Below, piece by piece: positions 1 to 8,840 of a DNA stretch of 64,000 nt. Each line of letters opens with the position of its first letter. Position 1 is the first letter of the stretch. The DNA comes from Thermoanaerobaculia bacterium (GTDB lineage: Bacteria > Acidobacteriota > Thermoanaerobaculia > Multivoradales > UBA5704): positions 3,737 through 67,736 of the forward strand of contig DATMER010000074.1 in NCBI GenBank assembly GCA_035556715.1, read 5' to 3'. The translations under genes were made by a program, and so were the position numbers. Under the pieces are notes generated by a model, which saw only the letters and a list, made by a program, of their open reading frames with translations, ran no database searches and was not told the origin of the DNA.

Positions 1-1121
1 CCGCCGAGCCGTGCGACCAGCACCTTGACCCGCTGATTCTCCTGGTCGATGGCGATCGCCTTGCGCATCCAGCGATGGGCTTCCCCGGCATCGCCCGAGG
101 CGAGAGCGGCGATGCCCATGGCGGCGTAGGGCTCGGCGTTGTCGCGGTAGAGGCGCATGGCCCGCTTGTAGAAGCGCCGCGCCTCGTCGATGCGGCCATG
201 GGAAAGGCTCAGGTCCCCCAGGGAGAGATAGATGTACGGGTTGCGGCTGCCCAGAGTGCCGGACAGCGCCAGCAGGTCCTCGGCTTCCTGCTGCTTGCCC
301 TGGTGGCGCAGGAGCGCCGCCAGGTTCTGATAGGCCGAGACGGCCAGGGGATCGATCTCCAGTGCCTTGCGGTAGGCCTCCTCCGCCCGGGTGAGATCGC
401 CGCTCCGGCGCAGAGCCACGCCGTAGTTGATCCAGGCGCCGGGCAGCTCCGGATCGATCGTTACGGCCTTCAGCAGCCACGGCAGGGCCTCGTCCTGCTT
501 GCCGGCCCGCAGCAGCTCGCCGCCGCGGTTGGAGTGGAAGAGGGCGATGGCGGTCAGGTCGGAGATCCGGCGCACATGCCGGTATCCGGGCTCCGGCGCG
601 GCCGAGAAGTCGAGGATCTTGATCTCGGAACCGGTGCCGTAGCCGGCGCTCACGTGCCCGGAGACCACCACGAGATCCCCCTCCTTCTCGAACCTTTCGA
701 CGTCGTCCACGTCCAGGAAGTAGGCGGGCACGCCGATCTCGCGCGCCATGCCCACGAAAAGGCTGGTGAAGGCCAGGCAGTTGGCGCGCCGGGTCTCGAA
801 GACCTCCTGCGCCGTGGCGGTGTGGCGGGGCTCGTACACGACCTTGAGCTTGTCGGGATCGACCAAGCCGGCGAGCAGGGTCTCCAGGCGCTTCTCCGGC
901 GCCGTCTCCTGGGGCACCAGGCGGTGTGCCCACGCCCGCATCTCCTCGGTGATCTCGTAGGGAATGACGACGCCGGAGGGCTCGAGCCCGCGGTTGCGCA
1001 GCTCGCGGGCGACGTCGCCGGCATCCAGATTCCGCGCAATTTCCGACGAGGCGCAGCCGGCAGCCAGCAGCGCTGCGGCGAGAAGCGCGCTGTCGAGAAG
1101 TGGGAGACGGCGGGTCAGCAT
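1..1121 (-). CDS. Transglutaminase-like / TPR-repeat lipoprotein (C-terminal part runs off window start)
   Basis: Minus-strand ATG at 1121 with GGAGG RBS 7 nt upstream; N-term MLTRRLPLLDSALLAAALLAAGCAS has a lipobox. ANCLAFTSLFVGMAREIGVPAYFL resembles a transglutaminase-like Cys core. C-terminal half has TPR-like AEEAYRKALEIDP repeats. The forward ORF 75..1196 is its antisense artefact. Confidence 0.7.
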   Translation of the reverse strand, partial: MLTRRLPLLDSALLAAALLAAGCASSEIARNLDAGDVARELRNRGLEPSGVVIPYEITEEMRAWAHRLVPQETAPEKRLETLLAGLVDPDKLKVVYEPRHTATAQEVFETRRANCLAFTSLFVGMAREIGVPAYFLDVDDVERFEKEGDLVVVSGHVSAGYGTGSEIKILDFSAAPEPGYRHVRRISDLTAIALFHSNRGGELLRAGKQDEALPWLLKAVTIDPELPGAWINYGVALRRSGDLTRAEEAYRKALEIDPLAVSAYQNLAALLRHQGKQQEAEDLLALSGTLGSRNPYIYLSLGDLSLSHGRIDEARRFYKRAMRLYRDNAEPYAAMGIAALASGDAGEAHRWMRKAIAIDQENQRVKVLVARLG

Positions 1122-1131
1122 GGGCGGCTCC

Positions 1132-1701
1132 TCAGACAGCCCGTGCGGGACGCCGGAAGAGCAGCCTCTTCACTCCGAAGTAGAGGAGGCCCATGACGAG
1201 CAGCATCGCCACGACCGGCACCACGATCGCGAGCACCGCCAGCAGGGCCGAGCCGCCCGCTTCCATGGTGGCGATCACCGGGTTGCCGAGGCCGCCCGTG
1301 GTGAAGGACGAGACCTGGCGCGCGGTGGCGGTGATGCCCTGGAAGACCGCCGCGGTGCCGCCGCCGCCCACAATCGCGAGCGTCCAGCGCAGGAACGGGT
1401 CCACGTCGGTGACCGAGGAGGCCGTCACCACCATGCCGGCGACGATCGCGGTCGGTGTGGCGATGGCGTCGAGCAGGTTGTCCACCCAGGGGACGTAGTA
1501 GCCGGCAATCTCCAGCGCGGTCGCGAGCGAGAAGGTGATCAGGGCCGCGCTGGTGCCGATCCAGGCGAAGCCGTCGCCGAGCTCCAGATAGCCGGCTCCG
1601 GCACGGGAGGCGATGCTCATGACGAGGAGGGGCACGAAGACCCGGAAACCGCAGGCCGCGGCCAGACCGAGGCCGAGAAGAATGCTGAGGAGAGTCTCCA
1701 T
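1132..1701 (-). CDS. DUF4126-family membrane protein
   Basis: 189 aa, multi-TM, Gly/Ala-rich helices (AGYYVPWVDNLLDAIATPTAIVAGMVV); stop lies 10 nt upstream of the lipoprotein start, so a likely operon. Confidence 0.6.
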   Translation of the reverse strand: METLLSILLGLGLAAACGFRVFVPLLVMSIASRAGAGYLELGDGFAWIGTSAALITFSLATALEIAGYYVPWVDNLLDAIATPTAIVAGMVVTASSVTDVDPFLRWTLAIVGGGGTAAVFQGITATARQVSSFTTGGLGNPVIATMEAGGSALLAVLAIVVPVVAMLLVMGLLYFGVKRLLFRRPARAV

Positions 1702-1788
1702 GGCGGCTCCTTTCGTCAGCGGGTGGCAGTTTGGGCCATCCGTGTGACTAGGATAACGCAGGCGGGGGCCGCGACCTTCCCCCGGAGG

Positions 1789-1947
1789 CCCTCACCCCCG
1801 TCCCCTCTCCCGGTCCCCCGAGCACGCCCTCCCCGGGCGAGGGGCGCCACCGCCCACCCAACAGCAACAGCAATCCACAGAAAGTCTCCCCCTCTCCCGG
1901 GGAGGGCGTGCTTGGGTGGACCGGGAGAGGGGGCCGGGGGGTGAGGG
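1789..1947. repeat. GC-rich palindromic intergenic repeat, copy A
   Basis: Termini CCCTCACCCCCGTCCCCTCTCCC ... GGGAGAGGGGGCCGGGGGGTGAGGG are inverse complements. Its right arm encodes the last codons of the HerA-like gene. Confidence 0.7.
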
Positions 1948-1951
1948 CCCT

Positions 1952-4438
1952 CTACCAGACCGCCTCCCCCTCCCGCTTCGGCGCCCAGGCGAGGGTGAGG
2001 GCCCGCACCTCGATGTCCTGGCGCCGGGGCTTCAGGCCCAGGACCTCCAGCTCCTCGGCCTCGGGGTCCAGACGCTGCTCCAGGCGCTCGATCTCGGTCT
2101 CCAGCTCGGCATTCAGGTCCGTGAGCTTCTTCTTCACGGACTCGATGGTCTCCTCGGCGTGCGCCACGTCCTTGCGCTCCTGCATGGTCCTGCTCACGCC
2201 GCGCATCGCGCTGCCCGCCCGGCTGATATTGCCGTAGCTCAGCGTCTTGCGGCCGAAGAGCGCTCCCATGACCGCGGTGCCGGCGGAGATCACGGTGCTC
2301 CAGGTCTGGCTCGACGCCTGGGCCTCCTGCTTCTCCCGCGCCTGCTCGGCGCGGCGCAGGCGCTCCTCCAGTTGCGCCACCTTGGGACCGTGCTTGCGGC
2401 GCAGCGCCTCGACCTGGGCGTCGCGCCGCTCCCGCGCGAGGTCGCCCAGCCGGATGCGGAAATCGCGCTCGGTCTCGCCGGGCTGCGACAGCGCGCCGAA
2501 GTTGACGCTGCGGAAGACTTCCAGCCGCCGCGTGCGGTAGAGGGAGTCCTCCAGCCCCTTGCGCCAGCCGTCGTAGCTGCGCGCCCGCGCCGCCGGAGCG
2601 GGCAGCGGGCAGAAACGCGCTCCGGGGACCGGCTCCCGCTCCAGCGACTCCTTCTCCACCTCGACCGGCTCGGCCGCGTACCAGTCGACGTCCCCGGCCC
2701 CGGCGAGCGGCGCCAGCAGGAAGAGGTCCTCGGCATGGTCGATTCCCGTCTTCGGCTCCACGTAATGGACGGTCGCGGCGGCGTAGAGGTGGGGCTCGTA
2801 GACCACGCCGTCCGGCCGGGTGCGGACCGGCAGGTAGCTCTGCGGGATATCCGGTGGGAGCACGGGCGGCAGGCCGGCCTGCCCGTCCGAGGGGCGCGGC
2901 GCGGCGGGCGCGACCGCCGCGGCGGCCGGAGCGGTCGACGCCGCCGCTGCCTGCGGAGTGACACCCGCGGTGGGACCCTGGGAGGTCACGCGGCCAGCGG
3001 GCAATGCCTGCTTGCGCGGATCCATCAGACGCTTGAGCTCGGGCCGGGTGAGCGGGCCGCGCAGGTAGGACATGGCCCAGCGCGTCTGGAACACGGCCGG
3101 CGCCTCCTCGTGCACGTCGTGCAGGAAGAAGACCCGCTTGTCGAGCCTGGAGAGGATCTCCTCGATCCGCTTGCGGTCGAAGGTCCCGCCGGCCGCGGCT
3201 CCTTCCAATCCGTCCAGGAGGCGCTGCTTGTCGCGCTCGGTCTGCAGGCGTCCCAGGAACCAGGTGCCGACGTTGCCGAGCCCCTTGTAGTCGATGTCCA
3301 CCGGGTTCTGGGTGGCGAGCACGAGCCCGAGGCCGAACGCGCGCGCCTGCTTGAGGAGGGTCAGGAGCGGTCTCTTCGACGGCGGCTCCGCGACCGGCGG
3401 CATGAAGCCGAAGACCTCGTCCATGCAGAGGATCGCCCGCAGGCTGCTCGTGCCCGGACGGCTGCGCGCCCAGCCGAGCGTCTGGTTGAGCAGCAGGGAG
3501 ACGAAGAACATGCGCTCGCGATCCGAGAGGTGGGCGATCGAGAAGATCGAGACCCGCGGCTTGCCCGAAGGGGTGTAGAGCAGGCGGTCGACGTCCAGCG
3601 GCTCGCCGTGGAGCCAGGCCCCGAAGCCGGGCGAGCCGAGCAGGTTGTTCACCGCCATGGCCAGCTCGAAGCGCTCCTTGGCGGGATAGAACGACTCCAG
3701 GTCCATGACGCCGATGCGCTCCACCGGCGGCTTCTGGATCTGCTGGATGAGCGCCGCCAGGTCGAGCCCCTTCCCCTGCCGCCAGGCCGCGTCGAAGATC
3801 GTGGCCATCAGGATCGAGTCCCGCCCGCGGACCGGATCGGAGTCGATCCCCAGCAGCGAGAGCAGGCTCGCCACCAGGGTGGTGACCCGCTCGCGCAGGA
3901 GGTCGCCGTCCTCCACGATCCCGGGCGGCGGCGCGTCGAGCGAGGAGAGGATGGAAACCGGCAGCCCGGCCTCGCTGCCGGGGGTGTAGACGGCGAAGTC
4001 CGCGACCTCCTTCAAGCGCGCGATGCGCTCGCCGCTCTGCCCCCACCGTGCGAGCCCCTCGCGCCAGGTCTCGGCCTCCTTGGCCGCGAACGCCTCCGGC
4101 GTGAGCCCGGCGCGGGCGGCGGCGTTCGGGTCGATCCACGGCGCGAAGTCGGCCGGCCGCAGCTCCGGGAAGGTCAGGAGGAGGTTGGCCAGGTCCCCCT
4201 TGGGATCGATGACCAGCGCGGGGATGCGGTCGATCGCGGCCTCCTCGATCAGGGAGATCAGGAGCCCGGTCTTGCCGCTGCCGGTCATGCCGACGCAGAC
4301 CGCGTGGGTCAGCAGGTCGCGAGAATCGTAGAGGAGCGGGGTGGTTGACGCTTCCCCGCGCTGCAGGTCGAAGGGCCGTCCCAGGTAGAACGCCCCGAGC
4401 TTTTCGTATGCCGCGATGTCTTCCGCCATGGGCGGCAT
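1952..4438 (-). CDS. HerA-like / DUF853-DUF87 P-loop ATPase with C-terminal coiled coil
   Basis: Walker A VCVGMTGSGKTGLL; Walker B region LCMDEVFGF; the LVLATQNPVDIDYKGLGNVGTWFLGRLQTERDK segment is typical of the HerA/FtsK-like AAA family; coiled-coil tail (EIERLEQRL). Confidence 0.75.
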   Translation of the reverse strand: MPPMAEDIAAYEKLGAFYLGRPFDLQRGEASTTPLLYDSRDLLTHAVCVGMTGSGKTGLLISLIEEAAIDRIPALVIDPKGDLANLLLTFPELRPADFAPWIDPNAAARAGLTPEAFAAKEAETWREGLARWGQSGERIARLKEVADFAVYTPGSEAGLPVSILSSLDAPPPGIVEDGDLLRERVTTLVASLLSLLGIDSDPVRGRDSILMATIFDAAWRQGKGLDLAALIQQIQKPPVERIGVMDLESFYPAKERFELAMAVNNLLGSPGFGAWLHGEPLDVDRLLYTPSGKPRVSIFSIAHLSDRERMFFVSLLLNQTLGWARSRPGTSSLRAILCMDEVFGFMPPVAEPPSKRPLLTLLKQARAFGLGLVLATQNPVDIDYKGLGNVGTWFLGRLQTERDKQRLLDGLEGAAAGGTFDRKRIEEILSRLDKRVFFLHDVHEEAPAVFQTRWAMSYLRGPLTRPELKRLMDPRKQALPAGRVTSQGPTAGVTPQAAAASTAPAAAAVAPAAPRPSDGQAGLPPVLPPDIPQSYLPVRTRPDGVVYEPHLYAAATVHYVEPKTGIDHAEDLFLLAPLAGAGDVDWYAAEPVEVEKESLEREPVPGARFCPLPAPAARARSYDGWRKGLEDSLYRTRRLEVFRSVNFGALSQPGETERDFRIRLGDLARERRDAQVEALRRKHGPKVAQLEERLRRAEQAREKQEAQASSQTWSTVISAGTAVMGALFGRKTLSYGNISRAGSAMRGVSRTMQERKDVAHAEETIESVKKKLTDLNAELETEIERLEQRLDPEAEELEVLGLKPRRQDIEVRALTLAWAPKREGEAVW

Positions 4439-4439
4439 C

Positions 4440-5654
4440 CTACCAAGCGCGGGGGTCGAGCGCGTAGGGCAGCGGCGTCAAATTCTCGAGCCCGCCCGGC
4501 CCCAGGTGAACCAGGTCTTCCAGCCTCACTCCGTACTTCTCGGCGGGCTCGTACAGGCCGGGCTCCAGGGTGAAGACATCCCCCTCGCGGAGGACCCCTT
4601 CGGCTCCCGAGACCTTGCGGAAGACCGGCTGCTCGTGGAGGTCGAAGCCCACGCCATGGCCGAGATTGTGGACATAGCCGCGGATCGTCCTGGGATCGGA
4701 GATCGGAGTCGGGAACCCCTCGGACTCGAAAAAGGCGCAGACCTCCTCCTGGAGATCCCAGCCGCGGACGCCCGGCTTTGCCCTGCCGTGCGACTGCTCG
4801 AGAGCTGCGAGGACGAGAGCATGGGCGCGGCGCAGGGCCGGCGACGGCTCGCCGACGCAGAACGTCCGGGTACAGTCAGCGAACATCGCGCCTTTCGAGT
4901 AGATGTCCACGACGATCGGCTCTCCCGCCCGGAGCACGCGCTCCTGCGTGCCGGCCGAATGGGGCACGCCCCCCTCCTCCGCCGGCGCGACGATGTTGCC
5001 CTTGGGCTGTTCCAGACCGCGGGCGGCGAGGGCCTGCCCGATCTCGGAGCGCAGGCGGGCGACCGTCAGCCGCTCGCCTTCAATCCAGAGCTCGCCCTCC
5101 CGGACCGCGGCAGCGGCGAGGCGGACCGCCACCCGGCGCATCGCATCCATCACCCCCTTGGCGGCGGTGCGGATCGCGGCCACCTCGGCCGACGTCTTCT
5201 TCTTGCGCACGGCGAGGACGATCGGGTTGCCGGGCACCCAGGTCCAGCCCTTGCGGGCCAAGGCGGCGGTGGCAGCCTGGATGAGCCCGGCCTGGCCGTG
5301 GCCGGCGAGGGCGACGCGGCCCGGAGCGACTCCGGCCGTTCCCAGAGCCCGCTCTGCCACCCAGGCCATGACGTCGCCGGGCTCGGCGGCCAGGTTCTGC
5401 CACCGTGCCATGTCCAGGTGCTCGGGGGTGATCAGGCGGAGGCCGGTCGCCGCCGCCTCGTCCCGCTCCATGGGAGTCTGGTAGGCGAGGCAAGCCGGCC
5501 CCTCGGATGGAACAACGAGCTGGCTGTCGCCGAGGTGAACGTCGCCGACGAAGGGGGCGAGGTCGGGGTCCTGAGAAGACCGGGCAAGGACGAGCAGGGC
5601 ATTGCAGCCCCGCTCCTCCAGCCCGGCTCTCAGCTCAGTAAGGCGGTCCGACAC
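4440..5654 (-). CDS. pepP: M24 family metallopeptidase (Xaa-Pro aminopeptidase/prolidase-like)
   Basis: Pita-bread fold signature HNLGHGVGFDLHE with metal ligands (D, H, E); 1 bp from the neighbouring gene. Confidence 0.85.
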   Translation of the reverse strand: MSDRLTELRAGLEERGCNALLVLARSSQDPDLAPFVGDVHLGDSQLVVPSEGPACLAYQTPMERDEAAATGLRLITPEHLDMARWQNLAAEPGDVMAWVAERALGTAGVAPGRVALAGHGQAGLIQAATAALARKGWTWVPGNPIVLAVRKKKTSAEVAAIRTAAKGVMDAMRRVAVRLAAAAVREGELWIEGERLTVARLRSEIGQALAARGLEQPKGNIVAPAEEGGVPHSAGTQERVLRAGEPIVVDIYSKGAMFADCTRTFCVGEPSPALRRAHALVLAALEQSHGRAKPGVRGWDLQEEVCAFFESEGFPTPISDPRTIRGYVHNLGHGVGFDLHEQPVFRKVSGAEGVLREGDVFTLEPGLYEPAEKYGVRLEDLVHLGPGGLENLTPLPYALDPRAW

Positions 5655-5657
5655 CGC

Positions 5658-5987
5658 CTACAGGTTGCGGTTGATGAAGCTCTCGAAAGCCGACTTCGGC
5701 ATGGCGCCCATCATGCGGTCCGCCATCTGGCCGTCCTTGAACAGGATGAACGTCGGGATGCTCGACACCTGGAACTGATACGCGATCTTCTGGTTCGAGT
5801 CGACGTCCAGCTTCGCGACGCGCACCTTGCCGTCCATCTCGTTGGCGATCTGGTCCAGGACCGGCGCCACCATGCGGCACGGGCCGCACCACGCCGCCCA
5901 GAAATCCACCAGAACGGGAGTATCCGACTTGAGGACCTCCTGCTCCCAGTTGTCCTCGCTAAGCGTCACGACCTTTTCGCTGGCCAT
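5658..5987 (-). CDS. trxA: Thioredoxin
   Basis: 109 aa; WCGPC active site, VAKLDVD, typical TrxA length. The ORF-track 818-aa ORF is a spurious upstream extension. Confidence 0.9.
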   Translation of the reverse strand: MASEKVVTLSEDNWEQEVLKSDTPVLVDFWAAWCGPCRMVAPVLDQIANEMDGKVRVAKLDVDSNQKIAYQFQVSSIPTFILFKDGQMADRMMGAMPKSAFESFINRNL

Positions 5988-6043
5988 TTGCAGTCCTCTC
6001 TTTTCTGAAATCAAAGGGCGCCGTCCTCTCGACCGCCCGCCCT

Positions 6044-7012
6044 CTACAACTCCGGGGCGGGCGCTTCTTGTTCCATCCGCCGCCGGCTGAAGAACTCGCG
6101 GGCGGTTTCCACGTCCCGTCCGATCTGCGCGGCGAGGTCCATCACCGAGGGGAAGATCCGCTCCTCCCGCAGCCGCTTGAAGAAGGAAAGCTCCACGCGC
6201 TCGCCGTAGACGTCCTGCTTGAAGTCCAGGATGTGGCTCTCCACCACGCGCTGGTAGTTCTCGTAGACGGTCGGCCGCGTGCCGACGTTGGTCACGGAGT
6301 CGAAGCTGGCCGGCACGCTGGGGAAGAAGACCCGGCTGGCGTAGACCCCGTCGAGGGGGAGCAGCTTGTTCTCCGGCACCAGGTTGATCGTCGGCCAGCC
6401 CAGGCGCTGGCCCATGCGGTCGCCGCGGGCGATGATCCCGGCGATCGAGTAGGGGCGCCCGAGCATGTCCATGGCCTCGGCGACCTTGCCCTCCGAGATG
6501 GCCCGCCGGATGCGCGAGCTGGAGATCCGCTCGCCGCCGAAGCTGACCTCGTCCACCCCGAAGGCGCGGAAGCCCAGGCTCTCCCCCATCTCCCGCAGCA
6601 GCGAGAGGTCTCCCTCGCGTCCGTGGCCGAAGACGAAGCTGGACCCGACGTAGATCTCCTTCAGGTCGAGCTTGCCGTGCAGGAACTCGCGCACGAACCG
6701 CTGCGCCGGGACCTTCGCGAGCTCTGGAGTGAAACGCACCACGAGGACCACCGAGATCCCCGCCTCTTCCAGGAGCTTCTCCTTCTGCGGCAGGGTGGTG
6801 AGCAGCGTCGGCGCCTGCCCCGGCCGCAGCACCGCGACCGGATGAGGGTCGAACGTGACTACTACGGACGGCACGCCCAGCTCCTCGGCCCGGGCCACGA
6901 TGAGGTCGAGGGCGTACCGCTGGCCGCGGTGGACGCCGTCGAAGTTGCCGATGGTGCCCACGCCGCCGCGGGGAAAGTCGCTCGCGTTGTAAGCGTCCTT
7001 GATGACGATCAT
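6044..7012 (-). CDS. ribF: Bifunctional riboflavin kinase / FAD synthetase
   Basis: N-terminal GNFDGVHRGH nucleotidyltransferase motif; C-terminal riboflavin-kinase PTIN..GVY..E motifs. Confidence 0.9.
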   Translation of the reverse strand: MIVIKDAYNASDFPRGGVGTIGNFDGVHRGQRYALDLIVARAEELGVPSVVVTFDPHPVAVLRPGQAPTLLTTLPQKEKLLEEAGISVVLVVRFTPELAKVPAQRFVREFLHGKLDLKEIYVGSSFVFGHGREGDLSLLREMGESLGFRAFGVDEVSFGGERISSSRIRRAISEGKVAEAMDMLGRPYSIAGIIARGDRMGQRLGWPTINLVPENKLLPLDGVYASRVFFPSVPASFDSVTNVGTRPTVYENYQRVVESHILDFKQDVYGERVELSFFKRLREERIFPSVMDLAAQIGRDVETAREFFSRRRMEQEAPAPEL

Positions 7013-7027
7013 CGGAGCGGGATGCTA

Positions 7028-8368
7028 TCAGAGCCCGACGATGTGCCCGACCAGGTCGTCGGCGTAGGCCTCGGTGATCTCCACCTCGACCAGGGCGCCG
7101 GCCGGGGCCGACCCGTCGTTGATGAGGAGCCGGCCGTCGATCTCCGGGGCCATGCCGTAGTGGCGCCCCTGGAGCAGGTGCTCGGTCTCCTCGCAGGGAC
7201 CCTCGACGATCACCTCCAGCCGCCTGCCCACCAGCCGCTGCCGGCGCTCCAGGGCGATCGGCTTCTGGGCCTCCAGGAGCTGGCGCAGGCGCCGGCGGGC
7301 CACGTGCCTGGGGACCCGGTTCGGGAGCGCCGCGCCCGGAGTGTCGTTCTCGGGGCTGTAGGCGAACGCGCCCAGGTGGTCGAAGCGGGCCTTCTCGATA
7401 AACCCGACGAGGTCCTGGAAGTGCTCCTCGGTCTCGCCCGGGAAGCCGACGATGAACGTCGAGCGCAGGAAGATGTCGGGCGCGAGCTCGCGGGCGCGCT
7501 CCAGGAGTCGCAGGTAGCGTTTTGCGTCCCCACCCCGCCGCATGGCCGAGAGCACGTCCCCGTGGCTGTGCTGGAGGGGGATGTCCATGTAGGAGCAGAA
7601 GCGCTTCTCGCTCCCCATGAGGCGGAGCAGATCCTCGTCCAGCGTGGTCGGATAGGCGTACAGGAACCGGATCCAGGGGATCGAGGTCTTGCTTAGCAGC
7701 TCCTCGACCAGCCGGGCCAGGCCATGGCGTCCGAGCCCCAGGTCCTCGCCGTAGCGGGTCGTGTCCTGGGCGATCAGGTTCAGCTCCACGATTCCCGACT
7801 CCTGCTCCAGGCGCCGGGCCTCCTCCACCAGGCTCTCGACGGTGCGGCTGCGGAACCGGCCGCGCCAGATCGGGATCGCGCAGAAGGTGCAGGGATTGTT
7901 GCACCCCTCGGCGACCTTCAGATAGGCGAAGCCGCGGGTGGTGAGCAGGCGAGGAGCGGTGTGGTCGAAGACCATGTGGGAGGGAGCCGGCAGGGGCGGA
8001 CCGCCGCCGAGCTGCACGACCTCGCCCACGTCCCGGAGCTGATCGAGACCGACAAAGCCGTCGATCTCCGGGATCTCCCGGGCCAGCTCCTTGCCGAACC
8101 GGTTGACCATGCACCCGGCGACCAGGACCTTCTCGACGCCCTTCCCCTTCCGGCCAACGACCTCCAGGATCGTGTCGATCGACTCCTGCTGGGCCTCCTC
8201 GATGAAGGCGCAGGTGTTGACGACCACGGTGTCGGCGCTGTCGAGGTCGTTGACGACCTCATAGCCGCGGCGCGCCAGCTCTCCGAGCATGACCTCGCTG
8301 TCAACGAGGTTCTTCGGGCAGCCGAGGCTGATCATGCCCACGCGGGGGCGGCGTACGGGTTCAGTCAT
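7028..8368 (-). CDS. rimO: Ribosomal protein S12 methylthiotransferase (radical SAM, MiaB family)
   Basis: MTTase N-domain (ISLGCPKNLVDSE); radical-SAM CNNPCTFC cluster motif; C-terminal TRAM domain. Confidence 0.9.
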   Translation of the reverse strand: MTEPVRRPRVGMISLGCPKNLVDSEVMLGELARRGYEVVNDLDSADTVVVNTCAFIEEAQQESIDTILEVVGRKGKGVEKVLVAGCMVNRFGKELAREIPEIDGFVGLDQLRDVGEVVQLGGGPPLPAPSHMVFDHTAPRLLTTRGFAYLKVAEGCNNPCTFCAIPIWRGRFRSRTVESLVEEARRLEQESGIVELNLIAQDTTRYGEDLGLGRHGLARLVEELLSKTSIPWIRFLYAYPTTLDEDLLRLMGSEKRFCSYMDIPLQHSHGDVLSAMRRGGDAKRYLRLLERARELAPDIFLRSTFIVGFPGETEEHFQDLVGFIEKARFDHLGAFAYSPENDTPGAALPNRVPRHVARRRLRQLLEAQKPIALERRQRLVGRRLEVIVEGPCEETEHLLQGRHYGMAPEIDGRLLINDGSAPAGALVEVEITEAYADDLVGHIVGL

Positions 8369-8410
8369 GAGCGGGAGAGTCTAGCAGACGGGGGGAGGAG
8401 GATATTCCGC

Positions 8411-8647
8411 GTGATAGGCTCGACCAGAGATGGTGCGCCTTTAACTGGAAACCTCGGTAGTCAGTTACCGGACGCACTCCATATCGCATCGGTTCATGCG
8501 GTCGAATACCTGCTCACCTGGAATTGCTCTCACATTGCCAACGCCGAGCTTTTGCCTCACGTGACGATCCTGGTCGAGGAGGCTGGCTTCAACATGCCGT
8601 TCGTTTGTACTCCCGAGGAACTGCAAGGAGACTCCCATGATCCATGA
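8411..8647 (+). pseudogene. Remnant of a PIN-domain (VapC-like) toxin, C-terminal ~75 aa only
   Basis: DALHIASVHAVEYLLTWNCSHI matches the PIN C-terminal D..A.A....LVT.N.K.F pattern. There is no room for an N-terminal PIN half before the rimO start; GTG start only. Confidence 0.35.
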
Positions 8648-8822
8648 CCCCATTGTCGAAGAGTTACATCGCCACCGTGAGAAGCTGTTTCGGGAGTTTG
8701 GCAATGACCCGAAAGCTCTGGTCGAGTACCTCCAAGAGAAAGAGCGCAGCTCGGGTCGACTCGTTCAGCCCCCGCCGTCGCCCAGCTCAGAGGTGCGGCG
8801 AGCTCGCTTTTCTCGCCGCTGA
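8637..8822 (+). CDS. Small hypothetical protein (possible TA partner), overlapping previous ORF via ATGA
   Basis: 61 aa, charged helix-rich (PIVEELHRHREKLFREFGNDPKALVEYLQEKE); ATG overlaps the upstream stop, suggesting translational coupling. No family recognised. Confidence 0.25.
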   Translation: MIHDPIVEELHRHREKLFREFGNDPKALVEYLQEKERSSGRLVQPPPSPSSEVRRARFSRR

Positions 8823-8840
8823 CCGGGGGCGTTGGAGCTG

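Noticed and set aside
75-1196. 373-aa forward ORF at the window start
   Set aside because: Low-complexity Ala/Gly/Arg-rich translation. It is the antisense of a well-supported minus-strand lipoprotein gene with lipobox, RBS and TPR motifs; high GC keeps antisense frames open.
1716-4348. 807-aa minus and 810-aa plus ORFs overlapping the HerA-like gene
   Set aside because: Arg/Pro/Gly-rich junk translations in alternative frames. Only the 1952..4438 minus frame has Walker A/B and HerA motifs.
5658-8114. 818-aa minus-strand ORF spanning trxA, ribF and rimO
   Set aside because: Only its last 109 residues (thioredoxin, WCGPC) are protein-like. The rest is an out-of-frame read through ribF and rimO, which are called in their own frames.
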